Shown in pieces: positions 55,972 to 64,000 of a stretch of 64,000 bases of DNA. Position 1 is the first letter of the stretch. Each line of letters opens with the position of its first letter. The stretch is from a virus. A program made the translations under genes and the position numbers. Below the pieces are notes generated by a model. That model did not search any database. It was not told where the DNA came from and saw only the letters and a program-made list of their open reading frames with translations. Where the stretch lies: the IMG/VR virus record IMGVR_UViG_3300037311_000179. One strand, written 5' to 3'.

Positions 55972-57051
55972 CTAGATGCGATCAGGAATCTGCGCGTTTT
56001 TCTGGATTTGCCTTCCGAACGCTGATCCGTAGATCGATCCGAGCCGGTACGATTTCAGCCAATGCGCGTCGAGCAGATCGGTGAGCCGGGAAACGCCTTG
56101 CTGCGCATCCATTACCCAAACGTCATCAGGATTGTCATTGAACTGATCGAGCAATGCAGTCGAGTGACTGGTAAGAACGACTGTCAAATCCATCGCTGCG
56201 GCTCTCTCTCGAATGACCTGCACGAGCTGTTCGATGGCACGCGGATGCAAACCGTTGTCCGGCTGGTCGAACATCAATGTCGATCCGGCGGTGCATTCAG
56301 CTACCCCAGACAGCGTCAGGAGTGCGCGGAGTTCGCCGGACGACATGATTTCCAGCGGACGCAGCAAGTTCTTGTCTGCGCTCGGGAACATGACGTTCAT
56401 GCAGGATCTCACCCACACGAATCTCTCGTCGTCGTGCTCTCTCCATTGTCTGAATGCTGCGGAAGCATGCTTTGCCATGCGCTGTCCAGGTACGGACGGT
56501 TCCGGTATTACGCTGTTTCGAAACGATTCGATTTGGAATGCCGAGAAGACGGACAGCTTCCTAAGCTGCCTGAGAAACGATTCGACCGGAATTCCCCAAG
56601 GCACCACGCTTCGATGCACCTCGTTGAGCCGAGGATACCCTTCTGTGTTCGCCAGCGGAGAATGGCGCGAGTGCTTAGCCAAGTCGATATTCTCTCCGCC
56701 GCATGTGAGCTCTTCAGACGCCCGAATAGGAGACCCGCTAGCATCATCGAAGATCGATAGCGACCATGTGAGGCAACCGTTCGAAATTGTGATTCTCGCC
56801 GGGCCGTTCGAAGCCTGGATATTGATCACGGTATGTGGCGATCCAGTCGCCTTGATACCATTTGCGAGAGTTCCATCGAGCGCGATGCGCATGAGCATGA
56901 ACGCCGATAGAATCGTCGACTTTCCGCTTCCGTTCGGCCCTACCAGAGCGCAAACGCCCTGTGGCTTCCACTTCGCGTACTTCACCCCGCGGAAGTTCTC
57001 GATGGTGATCTCTAGAGGTCCCGTGAGACCGTCTTTTACTTGCTCGTCCAT
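55972..57051 (-). CDS. AAA_21/ABC-type ATPase
   Basis: ITIENFRG, LVGPNGSGKST, MSSGELR signature, LMFDQPDNGLHP, VLTSHS. Confidence 0.85.
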   Translation of the reverse strand: MDEQVKDGLTGPLEITIENFRGVKYAKWKPQGVCALVGPNGSGKSTILSAFMLMRIALDGTLANGIKATGSPHTVINIQASNGPARITISNGCLTWSLSIFDDASGSPIRASEELTCGGENIDLAKHSRHSPLANTEGYPRLNEVHRSVVPWGIPVESFLRQLRKLSVFSAFQIESFRNSVIPEPSVPGQRMAKHASAAFRQWREHDDERFVWVRSCMNVMFPSADKNLLRPLEIMSSGELRALLTLSGVAECTAGSTLMFDQPDNGLHPRAIEQLVQVIRERAAAMDLTVVLTSHSTALLDQFNDNPDDVWVMDAQQGVSRLTDLLDAHWLKSYRLGSIYGSAFGRQIQKNAQIPDRI

Positions 57052-57063
57052 CGGCTATCCCTA

Positions 57064-57627
57064 TTACTTCCCAGGGTCCGATTTTCGAGCGGCGGCGACG
57101 CTTTTCGACCAGCTTTTCCCGAACACGGAACGCAGCTTTTCGATCTGCTTCCGCGCGAGATCCGACAGGCTGACCTGAAACACCTCGGCGAAGAAGACGA
57201 TGCTGAAAAGCACGTCGGACAGTTCTTCCGTGATCGCTTCCTCCTTGATCCCCTTGCCGTAGTCGAGCCATCGCTTCATCAGATCTGCGATCTCTCCAAC
57301 TTCTCCGGTGAGAAGTCGTTGGGCATACTCGGCTTGCTCTCGCATCAAGAAAGAATCGTGCATCCAGTCTGGCAGGTGCTCGAACGTCGCCGCATGCCCC
57401 AGCGAATCCGCCTGTTCTTTCTGCGGAGCGTGCAGTTTCGTGAACGAGATGATCTCGCGATGTACTGAATCGAGCGTAGGCGGAGCGTCTGGAACGCTCT
57501 CGCAGATCTTGTCGATGTTCGCCGCGATCTGTTCTGGATCTTCCTTCGCGATGGCTGTGAACAGCGGCTTTGAGTCGCTGTTTTCGAATCGCAGCGAGAC
57601 GGTCGTCATGCCCTTGGAGTCCGACAT
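57064..57627 (-). CDS. MazG-like nucleotide pyrophosphohydrolase
   Basis: LTGEVGEIADLMKR..ITEELSDVLFSIVFFA..SLSDLARKQIEKL. Confidence 0.8.
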   Translation of the reverse strand: MSDSKGMTTVSLRFENSDSKPLFTAIAKEDPEQIAANIDKICESVPDAPPTLDSVHREIISFTKLHAPQKEQADSLGHAATFEHLPDWMHDSFLMREQAEYAQRLLTGEVGEIADLMKRWLDYGKGIKEEAITEELSDVLFSIVFFAEVFQVSLSDLARKQIEKLRSVFGKSWSKSVAAARKSDPGK

Positions 57628-57719
57628 GAATGATCGGCCTTGAAGCTCGATCACAATGCCATGACCGAGATTGCCGATACGACCGTGGGGCGTGCTCGTC
57701 GATGGTGTCCAGTGAATCT

Positions 57720-58040
57720 TCACTTCGATTGCTCCTGCATCAGCTTGATATCCACGTATGCCGTTCCGCCGCAGTATCCAGAAATCAGAGCAGACACGAG
57801 CGCTCGGATGTAATGTCCTTGATGCAAGTCGTGCGCTGCGAATGTTACCAGGACGATGCAGCCGATTAGGCTTGCGATCATATGCAGCACCAAACTCACT
57901 GTGAGCTGCACGTCGTGCGAGCTTCGCTTCGCATGGCCGTCGGATTGCCATTTCGTGATTTCGCTATTGGCTTTCGCGAGGTCTTTCTTGGTCTGACGAA
58001 GCTCCTCCTCCAGCGTCTCTTCGCGCGATCGGTAACTCAA
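57720..58040 (-). CDS. coiled-coil plus two-helix membrane protein
   Basis: ATGA overlap; hydrophobic C-terminal half. Confidence 0.55.
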   Translation of the reverse strand: MSYRSREETLEEELRQTKKDLAKANSEITKWQSDGHAKRSSHDVQLTVSLVLHMIASLIGCIVLVTFAAHDLHQGHYIRALVSALISGYCGGTAYVDIKLMQEQSK

Positions 58041-58711
58041 GGATTGCCTCTTGCCGAAGTGATCCCACGGAAGATCGCCCCCAGCATGTCGCGCGCCGCG
58101 TCGTTGGCGATTTTGTCGATCTTTCCGATGAGCTTGGCGTACGGACTTTTGCTATCCGAGTTCTCGGCTCGAAGCCTGCTGACTGACTCTGGACTGCACT
58201 GCTGCGACACCTTGGCGATTGCTTCCTCTTCGCTCGTCGCGAAAACGAAGAAGTCATCTTCGGGATTGCCCCATCCCGTTCGCCCCTCTCCGTTTTTCAT
58301 GATGTACACACACCACGCACGACGCTGCTGTGGCATCTGGAGAGGCTCTTTGGCGTCGCGCCGTCGCTGGATGCCCTCGATCCATTTGACGATCACTGCG
58401 CCGCACTGGACGAGCTCTTCGAGGAGCTCTTGGCTGTCCGGGCCGTGGCGGGATGCTGCCTCGCTGGCCTCCGCGAGCTCTTCGATCGCGGTCATGAGCA
58501 TCGACTCCCTCCCCGCCTCCCGCTCCTGCTTCTCGTAGAGCTTCACGATCATGGACATCGGCAACAGCCATCCGGCGATGTTGCGCTCAGCGATGCTCGG
58601 GATGCGCTCGACGTCAGCACCCCATTTGCTGTCTTGCTGAGCCCGCTCCCGGATGATCTCGCCGATGGCCATCGCCAAGATGTTGCAGTTCTTCCATTCC
58701 TTGTCTTCCAT
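58037..58711 (-). CDS. MazG-like (all-alpha NTP pyrophosphatase) protein
   Basis: IIRERAQQDSKWG..AIEELAEA..EELVQCGAVIVKWIE. Confidence 0.6.
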   Translation of the reverse strand: MEDKEWKNCNILAMAIGEIIRERAQQDSKWGADVERIPSIAERNIAGWLLPMSMIVKLYEKQEREAGRESMLMTAIEELAEASEAASRHGPDSQELLEELVQCGAVIVKWIEGIQRRRDAKEPLQMPQQRRAWCVYIMKNGEGRTGWGNPEDDFFVFATSEEEAIAKVSQQCSPESVSRLRAENSDSKSPYAKLIGKIDKIANDAARDMLGAIFRGITSARGNP

Positions 58712-58758
58712 GACACCTCTCCGCGTTCTTTCTCATTCAACAGACTAGACGACAACGA

Positions 58759-59703
58759 CTACTTCTTCTTGCCCTTCTTTCTGCGAGCTCGCATCTCTTC
58801 GATCTCTATCTTGGCTGCTTTTCTCTCGGCGGCCTCGCGGGCGACCTCTTCGTTCATCGCATCGACGTCGATGAGCTCGTCGAGCCTGCTGCGAATGATC
58901 TGCTGAAGAACATTCGGAGGGAGTGCGTCGACCTCCCAGCTCTCGTCGCCGTGCGTTTCCGCGTACTTCTCAAAACGAGAATCGGTGCGCTTGGCAGGAT
59001 TGGGCGGTGGATCGAATTGCTCGATCTGCTGTTTCGTCAGAGCCAGCTTTTCGACGATAATCTTCGGGCAGCGCTTGGACGATGGGTCGTGTGGACTTTG
59101 GCAAAAGAGGTTGAGACGCTCGTCGATGTCCCGGACCATGTCTTCTCCGCTCGGGTCGTGATCTCCGAGGTACAAGACATACGGCTCTTTCATCGCGGAT
59201 TCTGAATGCGTACAGCCTCGAACGATTCGGTTCGTCGCGTCGTACATCGCGCTCGACGAGGAGTATCCCTTGTTCACGGAAAGCGTGATTTGGTACTGAC
59301 GCGCGATTGGTTCCAGCACGCCTGCAAGCGCCTGTTTCTCGACCCACAGCTCGACAAGATTGGTTTGTGAGCACCAGCGGTTCTTGCGGTATTGGTTCAC
59401 CGAGGCGTCGATGATGCTGTCGACGTTCGGCCAGAAGTAGGGCAGCAGAGGAACACGGCCGCGATCCTCGATCGCATCCCAGTCCACCAATCCCGCGAGA
59501 CGAGCATCCGAGATGATCGAGGCGAGACGCTTGTAGTTCTTGTCCGTGTTCTCGAACAAGTTCTGCGAGATGAACTGGTAGTAAAGCTGTCGAAGCGTCA
59601 TCTTGAGACCTTGTCGCGTGAACTCGGCGATGATCTCGTTGGCCTGCCTGATGATCGTTGCGGACGCAGCCTGAAATCTCTTCTCGACGAACTTCTCTTT
59701 CAT
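58759..59703 (-). CDS. TopoVI-A/Spo11-like Toprim protein
   Basis: MTLRQLYYQ, ARLAGLVDWDAIEDRGR, ELWVEKQAL, NKGYSS, YLGDHDPSGEDM, WEVDAL. Confidence 0.75.
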   Translation of the reverse strand: MKEKFVEKRFQAASATIIRQANEIIAEFTRQGLKMTLRQLYYQFISQNLFENTDKNYKRLASIISDARLAGLVDWDAIEDRGRVPLLPYFWPNVDSIIDASVNQYRKNRWCSQTNLVELWVEKQALAGVLEPIARQYQITLSVNKGYSSSSAMYDATNRIVRGCTHSESAMKEPYVLYLGDHDPSGEDMVRDIDERLNLFCQSPHDPSSKRCPKIIVEKLALTKQQIEQFDPPPNPAKRTDSRFEKYAETHGDESWEVDALPPNVLQQIIRSRLDELIDVDAMNEEVAREAAERKAAKIEIEEMRARRKKGKKK

Positions 59704-59786
59704 GATCTCTCCAACGCGCTAGCAGTGTTTCGGGTGAGCATATCGCGCCGGAGGCGATCGATCACTCCAGCAGGCGTCACCCTCCG

Positions 59787-60173
59787 TCACATGCCTTCGG
59801 AATGCTTGATTCTCCAGCGCACGTCGAAGAGGAGCGCGGGATGCTGATTCGTCTCGGACAGCACCTTCTCGATCTGACGAAGCAGCAACAAATCTTCGTC
59901 GGCGAGCTTCGGGAGACTCTTGGCTTGGCCAATGTGATCCCAGCTCAGATCGGCTTTCCTGACCGCGATGGCAGCGATTCGATGAGATCTGCCGTCATCG
60001 CAATACACAGTCAGGCCGGTGACGCTTCCCTTGGATTTGCAGACCGGATCGAGGTGTGACGGCTCCATCCTTTTCTTGAAAGAGTCCATCGCTTCCTGAA
60101 GACTGTTGAACGGCTCCAAGACATCGGGTCCGATTTTGTAGGAAGCGGAGATGTACCACAGCTCGTCTCTCAT
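59787..60173 (-). CDS. hypothetical protein
   Basis: ATGA overlap with upstream gene. Confidence 0.5.
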   Translation of the reverse strand: MRDELWYISASYKIGPDVLEPFNSLQEAMDSFKKRMEPSHLDPVCKSKGSVTGLTVYCDDGRSHRIAAIAVRKADLSWDHIGQAKSLPKLADEDLLLLRQIEKVLSETNQHPALLFDVRWRIKHSEGM

Positions 60174-61780
60174 CGCGCCACCAGCCCTGGTTCGAGCTCC
60201 ATGCGCCGATACCAAAGATCGCGGAACAGGTCCATGAATCTGCGCTTCGCTTTCGGCGGACTCCAGTGTTCGAGCGGAGTCTCAAGCTCTGTCAGTTCTT
60301 CCATGTCGCTGATGACGATCGGATACTTCAGGAGCGCTTTCGATTCGCGCGCCAGCATCATTGCATCAACGGTCATCACCATCGGATGCTCCTGCTGAGG
60401 GAGAGCAAACCGTTCTCGCACGATCTTGTGAAAGTGCGCTTCGATCAGAGCGTACCCATCCATCCCAGGCATCTTCTTCAATGGGCTTGGCAGATCGACG
60501 CATCCGGCCTCAGCGGCATCGTGCAGCAGGACTTCGAGAGCGATGATGACTTTCTCTCTGTTGCTCAGCATCGGCTTGCCGAGCATGATCATACGCGCGA
60601 GTTTTGTGGCATGGCAGCAGTGCTCTGCCACGGAGTAGAAGCGCGAGCAGTGCCCTCCGAATCGGCACTGGTTCGAGAGCGAATGCGCGATGTCCTCGAT
60701 GATGATGTCTTCGGGCACTGAGCGAGTGGGGTACAAACGTCTGCCCGACGACGTCTGAACATAGGGGCTGTACGAGTCGATGTATGGCGGATCGCTTTTG
60801 ATCGACGGATAATGGTCGAACAGGACATCATCGGCAGCATCGTCGCTCTCCGAAGATCGCCCAACGGCACTCGTCGACAGTGCTTTGTCCACCGCCAGCG
60901 CCTCCCTTTCTGTCGCCAGCGCTGCCTTAACCGCTATTGCGACCGCCGCTTCCATTTCTGTCGCGGTCAGCGCTGTTTCCTTCGTTGCTGCCGCCGTCGC
61001 GCCGCTTTTCAGTGCTTGCGCGTAGCCGCCAATCGACTGCGGATCGCCGAAGGCCCCGCGCTCGTCTTCGAGCGCTGCGAGACGCTCAGACTCTTCGAAG
61101 CTGTAATCGAAGCGAGGGTGGCTGACGCCTGATTCCTCCGCCGCGCCCCGCGACAGTCTGGGTGGCGCTTGCGGGCTCGCGGGCGTCACGGGCGCGGCCT
61201 CGGAGGGAGGATCGACCGAGACACCCCTGGCGGTGATCTGATCGACGGTCGGGAACTTCTTCGCGAGCCTGCGAGCCACGATGGCGTCGAGGTCCATGGG
61301 TCCTCCAGGCCAAGTGCTCGCGACGCGGGCCGCGCAGATCATCAGATCCGCGATTGCTGCTTCAGCCGCGTCGTTCGACTCGATCATGTCCTTCTTGTCG
61401 TATCGATCTCGGTTCGTGTGATCGAAGTCATCGCTCGCGCCGCTGAGCTTGCCCAGCGCTTTTGCGATGTGCTTCATCGCGTGATCTGCGTCCCGCTGCG
61501 GATCGGCGCGAGCCATGAATGCGTCGCCATACGCAGAGAAGCCCCAGCGGTTCTCGACCTCGACCTGTACCGCCAGCAGAGTGAGGGAGCTCTGGAAGTT
61601 CACGTTCCCGATGCCGTGAGGCGGGTCGACATCAAACAGGCACGTTTCGCAGAGGAGCTTTCCGTCGCGCCATGACCAACTGTGGTCTTCCGCAACGTCA
61701 GAAAACTTTCTCGCGGTCGCGTCGCGGAACGAGATGATCTTGAAACATCGCTCGCACTGTCGAGTGCCGTATTCTTTCAC
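60170..61780 (-). CDS. multidomain protein: Zn ribbon + MazG-like helix bundle + HD-family (YfbR-like) 5'-deoxynucleotidase
   Basis: CERC..CETC; HAMKHIAKALGKL..IADLMICAA; IEDIAHSLSNQCRFGGH..YSVAEHC..LLHDAAEA. Confidence 0.75.
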   Translation of the reverse strand: MKEYGTRQCERCFKIISFRDATARKFSDVAEDHSWSWRDGKLLCETCLFDVDPPHGIGNVNFQSSLTLLAVQVEVENRWGFSAYGDAFMARADPQRDADHAMKHIAKALGKLSGASDDFDHTNRDRYDKKDMIESNDAAEAAIADLMICAARVASTWPGGPMDLDAIVARRLAKKFPTVDQITARGVSVDPPSEAAPVTPASPQAPPRLSRGAAEESGVSHPRFDYSFEESERLAALEDERGAFGDPQSIGGYAQALKSGATAAATKETALTATEMEAAVAIAVKAALATEREALAVDKALSTSAVGRSSESDDAADDVLFDHYPSIKSDPPYIDSYSPYVQTSSGRRLYPTRSVPEDIIIEDIAHSLSNQCRFGGHCSRFYSVAEHCCHATKLARMIMLGKPMLSNREKVIIALEVLLHDAAEAGCVDLPSPLKKMPGMDGYALIEAHFHKIVRERFALPQQEHPMVMTVDAMMLARESKALLKYPIVISDMEELTELETPLEHWSPPKAKRRFMDLFRDLWYRRMELEPGLVAR

Positions 61781-61836
61781 GTATATCCTCCTGGCAACGA
61801 TATCCGATATGTGTCGACATGCCGTCGACGACTTGT

Positions 61837-62112
61837 TCAGAACGGAAAGGCGCGATTGAACATCCTCAGCGCCACCTTGGCCATCTCTCTCACATGAGAG
61901 TCGTACTCCGCGGAGTCCGGGCTGTCAGTCGCGGGCGGTTCCACCCAGCCATCGTTCACCCGCCACGACAGCCATCTCCAGGCTCTTTCGAGCTCGTCGA
62001 ACTGCATGCCCTCCATGCTTCCGGCGGCATGTCCGTGCAGCCTCTCGGCCGTATCGATCACGCCACCGCTATATGGCTGCCCCAAGATCCATCGCTCGTC
62101 TTGATCGCTCAT
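61837..62112 (-). CDS. hypothetical protein (paralog of N-terminus of 62994-63635)
   Basis: RWLSWRVNDGW. Confidence 0.55.
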   Translation of the reverse strand: MSDQDERWILGQPYSGGVIDTAERLHGHAAGSMEGMQFDELERAWRWLSWRVNDGWVEPPATDSPDSAEYDSHVREMAKVALRMFNRAFPF

Positions 62113-62136
62113 GAGACGTAGCGAATCACGCATCCG

Positions 62137-62517
62137 TCAGCCCGGCAATGGCGACTCTTCCGAGCCCGACGCACGCTCGCCTTTCGCGGCGGGCTCGTCG
62201 AATGCGAAAGCCTGTCGATCTTCTCCGCCGATCGACACTGGGTTCAGACGGAACAGGCCAAGCCCGGTGTAATTGCAGGGGCCTTGCTTGACCTTCTTGC
62301 CGTCGAACGCGGGGCTGCGACTTGGCAGGTACCTGCCGATGCAACTGATCGCCACGGCCCCTGGAGGAGCCCCGGCGGCTTTGTAGTCGGCAGTGCTCGC
62401 CACATATCCGCATACCGGACACACGAATCTCCAGGCCATCGGATCGTCGCCGAACCTCCGCTTGGCCTCTGCGTACCACGCCTCGATGTTCTCGAACTGA
62501 TGCTTGGTCATCGTCAT
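62137..62517 (-). CDS. VVA0879-like phage protein
   Basis: WYAEAKRRFG..WRFVCPVCG..SCIGR..CNYTGLGLFRLNP. Confidence 0.65.
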   Translation of the reverse strand: MTMTKHQFENIEAWYAEAKRRFGDDPMAWRFVCPVCGYVASTADYKAAGAPPGAVAISCIGRYLPSRSPAFDGKKVKQGPCNYTGLGLFRLNPVSIGGEDRQAFAFDEPAAKGERASGSEESPLPG

Positions 62518-62577
62518 CTCCAGGTGTTGCTACGAATGATTCACGAAAAGTTGAAATTGAGAGATCGATCTTTGATC

Positions 62578-62997
62578 TTATGTTGCCTGCGCCCCGTAGG
62601 CTGCGCTGTCAGTGGCCGCTCTCAGAGCATCGAGGATAACCCGCTGGCGCTTCATAGCTCGGGCCCGACGGCGTTCGGCGTCGCGATCTCGCTTTTCACG
62701 CTCGCGCCTTTGCTGCTCGGGGGTTCCACACGCACGGACGATCGCGGCTTCCGAGAGCCCGGCGAGGCGTGCCGCTTCGGCGGTGACGCGATAGAGGTTG
62801 TAGGGGAGCCAGCTTGTAGGAGGAGACACTGTCGCGAGACCGCGACCCACGAGCGAGGACCAGACGCGGTCATCCTCCGAGCCTGGACTGGCCGCGAAGT
62901 GGTTGCGATGTCCCGCGAGGGCCCGGCGGCCGTAGCCGTCCCAGCAGCCTACTGCGTGGCGTACCAGATCGCGCTCTCGATCGAGCAGAAACGTCAT
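62578..62997 (-). CDS. conserved phage hypothetical protein
   Basis: LVRHAVG..HRNHFAASPGSED..WSSLVGRGLA..YRVT. Confidence 0.6.
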   Translation of the reverse strand: MTFLLDRERDLVRHAVGCWDGYGRRALAGHRNHFAASPGSEDDRVWSSLVGRGLATVSPPTSWLPYNLYRVTAEAARLAGLSEAAIVRACGTPEQQRREREKRDRDAERRRARAMKRQRVILDALRAATDSAAYGAQAT

Positions 62998-63635
62998 TGG
63001 ACCTCCTGAAACGCCTGCTTGACGTCGGACCTCGGCACGTCCTCGTGCAAGCAGATCCATCGCTGCTCGGCGTTCATTGCGTCGATAGCCTGATCGATCC
63101 GCTTCTGACATTCGGCCAGCACATCCGCGAACATCTCCACGAATCGACTCGCATGGGTTGCAGACGTGTCCAAGGTTGCGCGACCGTAAACGAAGTCCTC
63201 GATGTCGATCGTCTTCGAGATCGTGGCCCGCACCGCCTTGTAGACGATGACTTGACTCGCGTTTCTTCCGCGCGAAACCGCGTGATGAGCCATCTCCAGT
63301 AGGGAGGGGACATACCGCACGCCGCCCTCTTCGTAGGCCATCACCCCAGGCTCCGTGATTGCGTAGCGAAGCGGACGTTCTCGCTTCCGCTGGCTCGCAG
63401 CGTCGATTGCGGCGAACGCCAGCTCTCTGACAGCCTTTTCGTAGTCGTTCTGATCTCTGTTCTCCCAGCCCTCCCCAACCCGCCAACTGAGCCATCGAAT
63501 CATGCGCGCTTCTTCGTCATGATCGATCTCAATTCCGGTGCCGGTGACGCTCCCGTAGAGCCGCGTGGAAGTTTCGAAAACTGATGCGCTCCATCGGTTT
63601 CCAACGACATACTGTCCGTCGTGATTGTCACTCAT
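62994..63635 (-). CDS. hypothetical protein
   Basis: RWLSWRVGEGW; ATGA overlap with downstream gene. Confidence 0.6.
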   Translation of the reverse strand: MSDNHDGQYVVGNRWSASVFETSTRLYGSVTGTGIEIDHDEEARMIRWLSWRVGEGWENRDQNDYEKAVRELAFAAIDAASQRKRERPLRYAITEPGVMAYEEGGVRYVPSLLEMAHHAVSRGRNASQVIVYKAVRATISKTIDIEDFVYGRATLDTSATHASRFVEMFADVLAECQKRIDQAIDAMNAEQRWICLHEDVPRSDVKQAFQEVQ

Positions 63636-63701
63636 GACCCGATTAGATCGCTCGCAGAGGCGAGACGCAATGCCATGCGCGTGACGAGGACGTCACGCTC
63701 G

Positions 63702-64000
63702 CTATGACGTTCCAGATGCCCCGTGCTTGGACTTGCTCCGAAGCTCGGCAAACCGAGCCTTGACGGCTGCGACCAAAGATTCTCGCTCGTACGTACCCAT
63801 GTCCTTCATCGCGATGCTGAATCGCGGATAGCCGATCACTTCGCGGACCGCAGCTTCCATCTGAGACTCGATCTCGGAAGCGTCGTCCGCGACTTCCGGC
63901 TGAGGGACACTGCACACGCCGGTCTCTGGATCGCAGACGGCCCCAACGGGAATCGGATCAGAGATGCTGTTCAGCCACTCCAGGAAACCTGGAGTGACAA
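63702..64000 (-). CDS. hypothetical protein (truncated by window edge)
   Basis: Frame open to window end: ..GAVCDPETGVCSVP.. Confidence 0.5.
   Translation of the reverse strand, partial: VTPGFLEWLNSISDPIPVGAVCDPETGVCSVPQPEVADDASEIESQMEAAVREVIGYPRFSIAMKDMGTYERESLVAAVKARFAELRSKSKHGASGTS

Noticed and set aside
1-64000. tRNA/rRNA genes and tailed-phage head-tail genes
   Set aside because: No cloverleaf, rRNA, terminase, portal or tape-measure signatures recognised by eye; tRNAscan and HMM searches would be needed to exclude them.
1-64000. Apparent excess of GATC/TCGA/CGATCG as a HIP1-like signal
   Set aside because: Impression only; not counted against a codon-aware null, and may reflect host codon usage.

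Overview
A GC-rich (by eye about 60-65%), densely coding viral-type window, probably a large tailless membrane-containing bacteriophage. The host may be Myxococcota, inferred from the Cys-rich lipoproteins and base composition. No terminase, portal, tail, rRNA or tRNA genes were recognised. Layout: (1) 1-16.8 kb holds replication and regulatory genes: PAPS-reductase-like fragment, RpoD-like sigma factor, primase-VapE helicase followed by an iteron-like region, DnaJ-domain protein, glutaredoxin, beta-helix spike-like protein, degenerate tyrosine-recombinase fold and a RadA/Sms-like ATPase. (2) 16.8-43.7 kb is a + strand putative virion/membrane module: basic R/K-x-NP proteins, many C-terminally anchored membrane proteins, NAGPA-type glycosidase, transglutaminase, LL-H-like holin and a candidate jelly-roll major capsid protein. 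It is interrupted by an IS4/IS231-like element and by tandem clusters of an Imm5-like paralog family (about 15 copies in the window). (3) 43.7-64 kb is a - strand block with an intein-containing class II ribonucleotide reductase, radical SAM enzyme, AAA ATPase, MazG-like and HD hydrolases and a TopoVI-like Toprim protein. The standout is at 47.3-50.8 kb: a lone Cas7/RAMP-like gene followed about 11 nt after its stop codon by a 2.7-kb non-coding array of about 30 units. Each unit is a run of 5-nt-periodic Y(G/C)Y-NN pentamers ending in a conserved CAATCCAAGG-like motif (- strand). It is not a canonical CRISPR array and looks like a programmable RNA-guided system (VIPR-like, with a variant repeat code).
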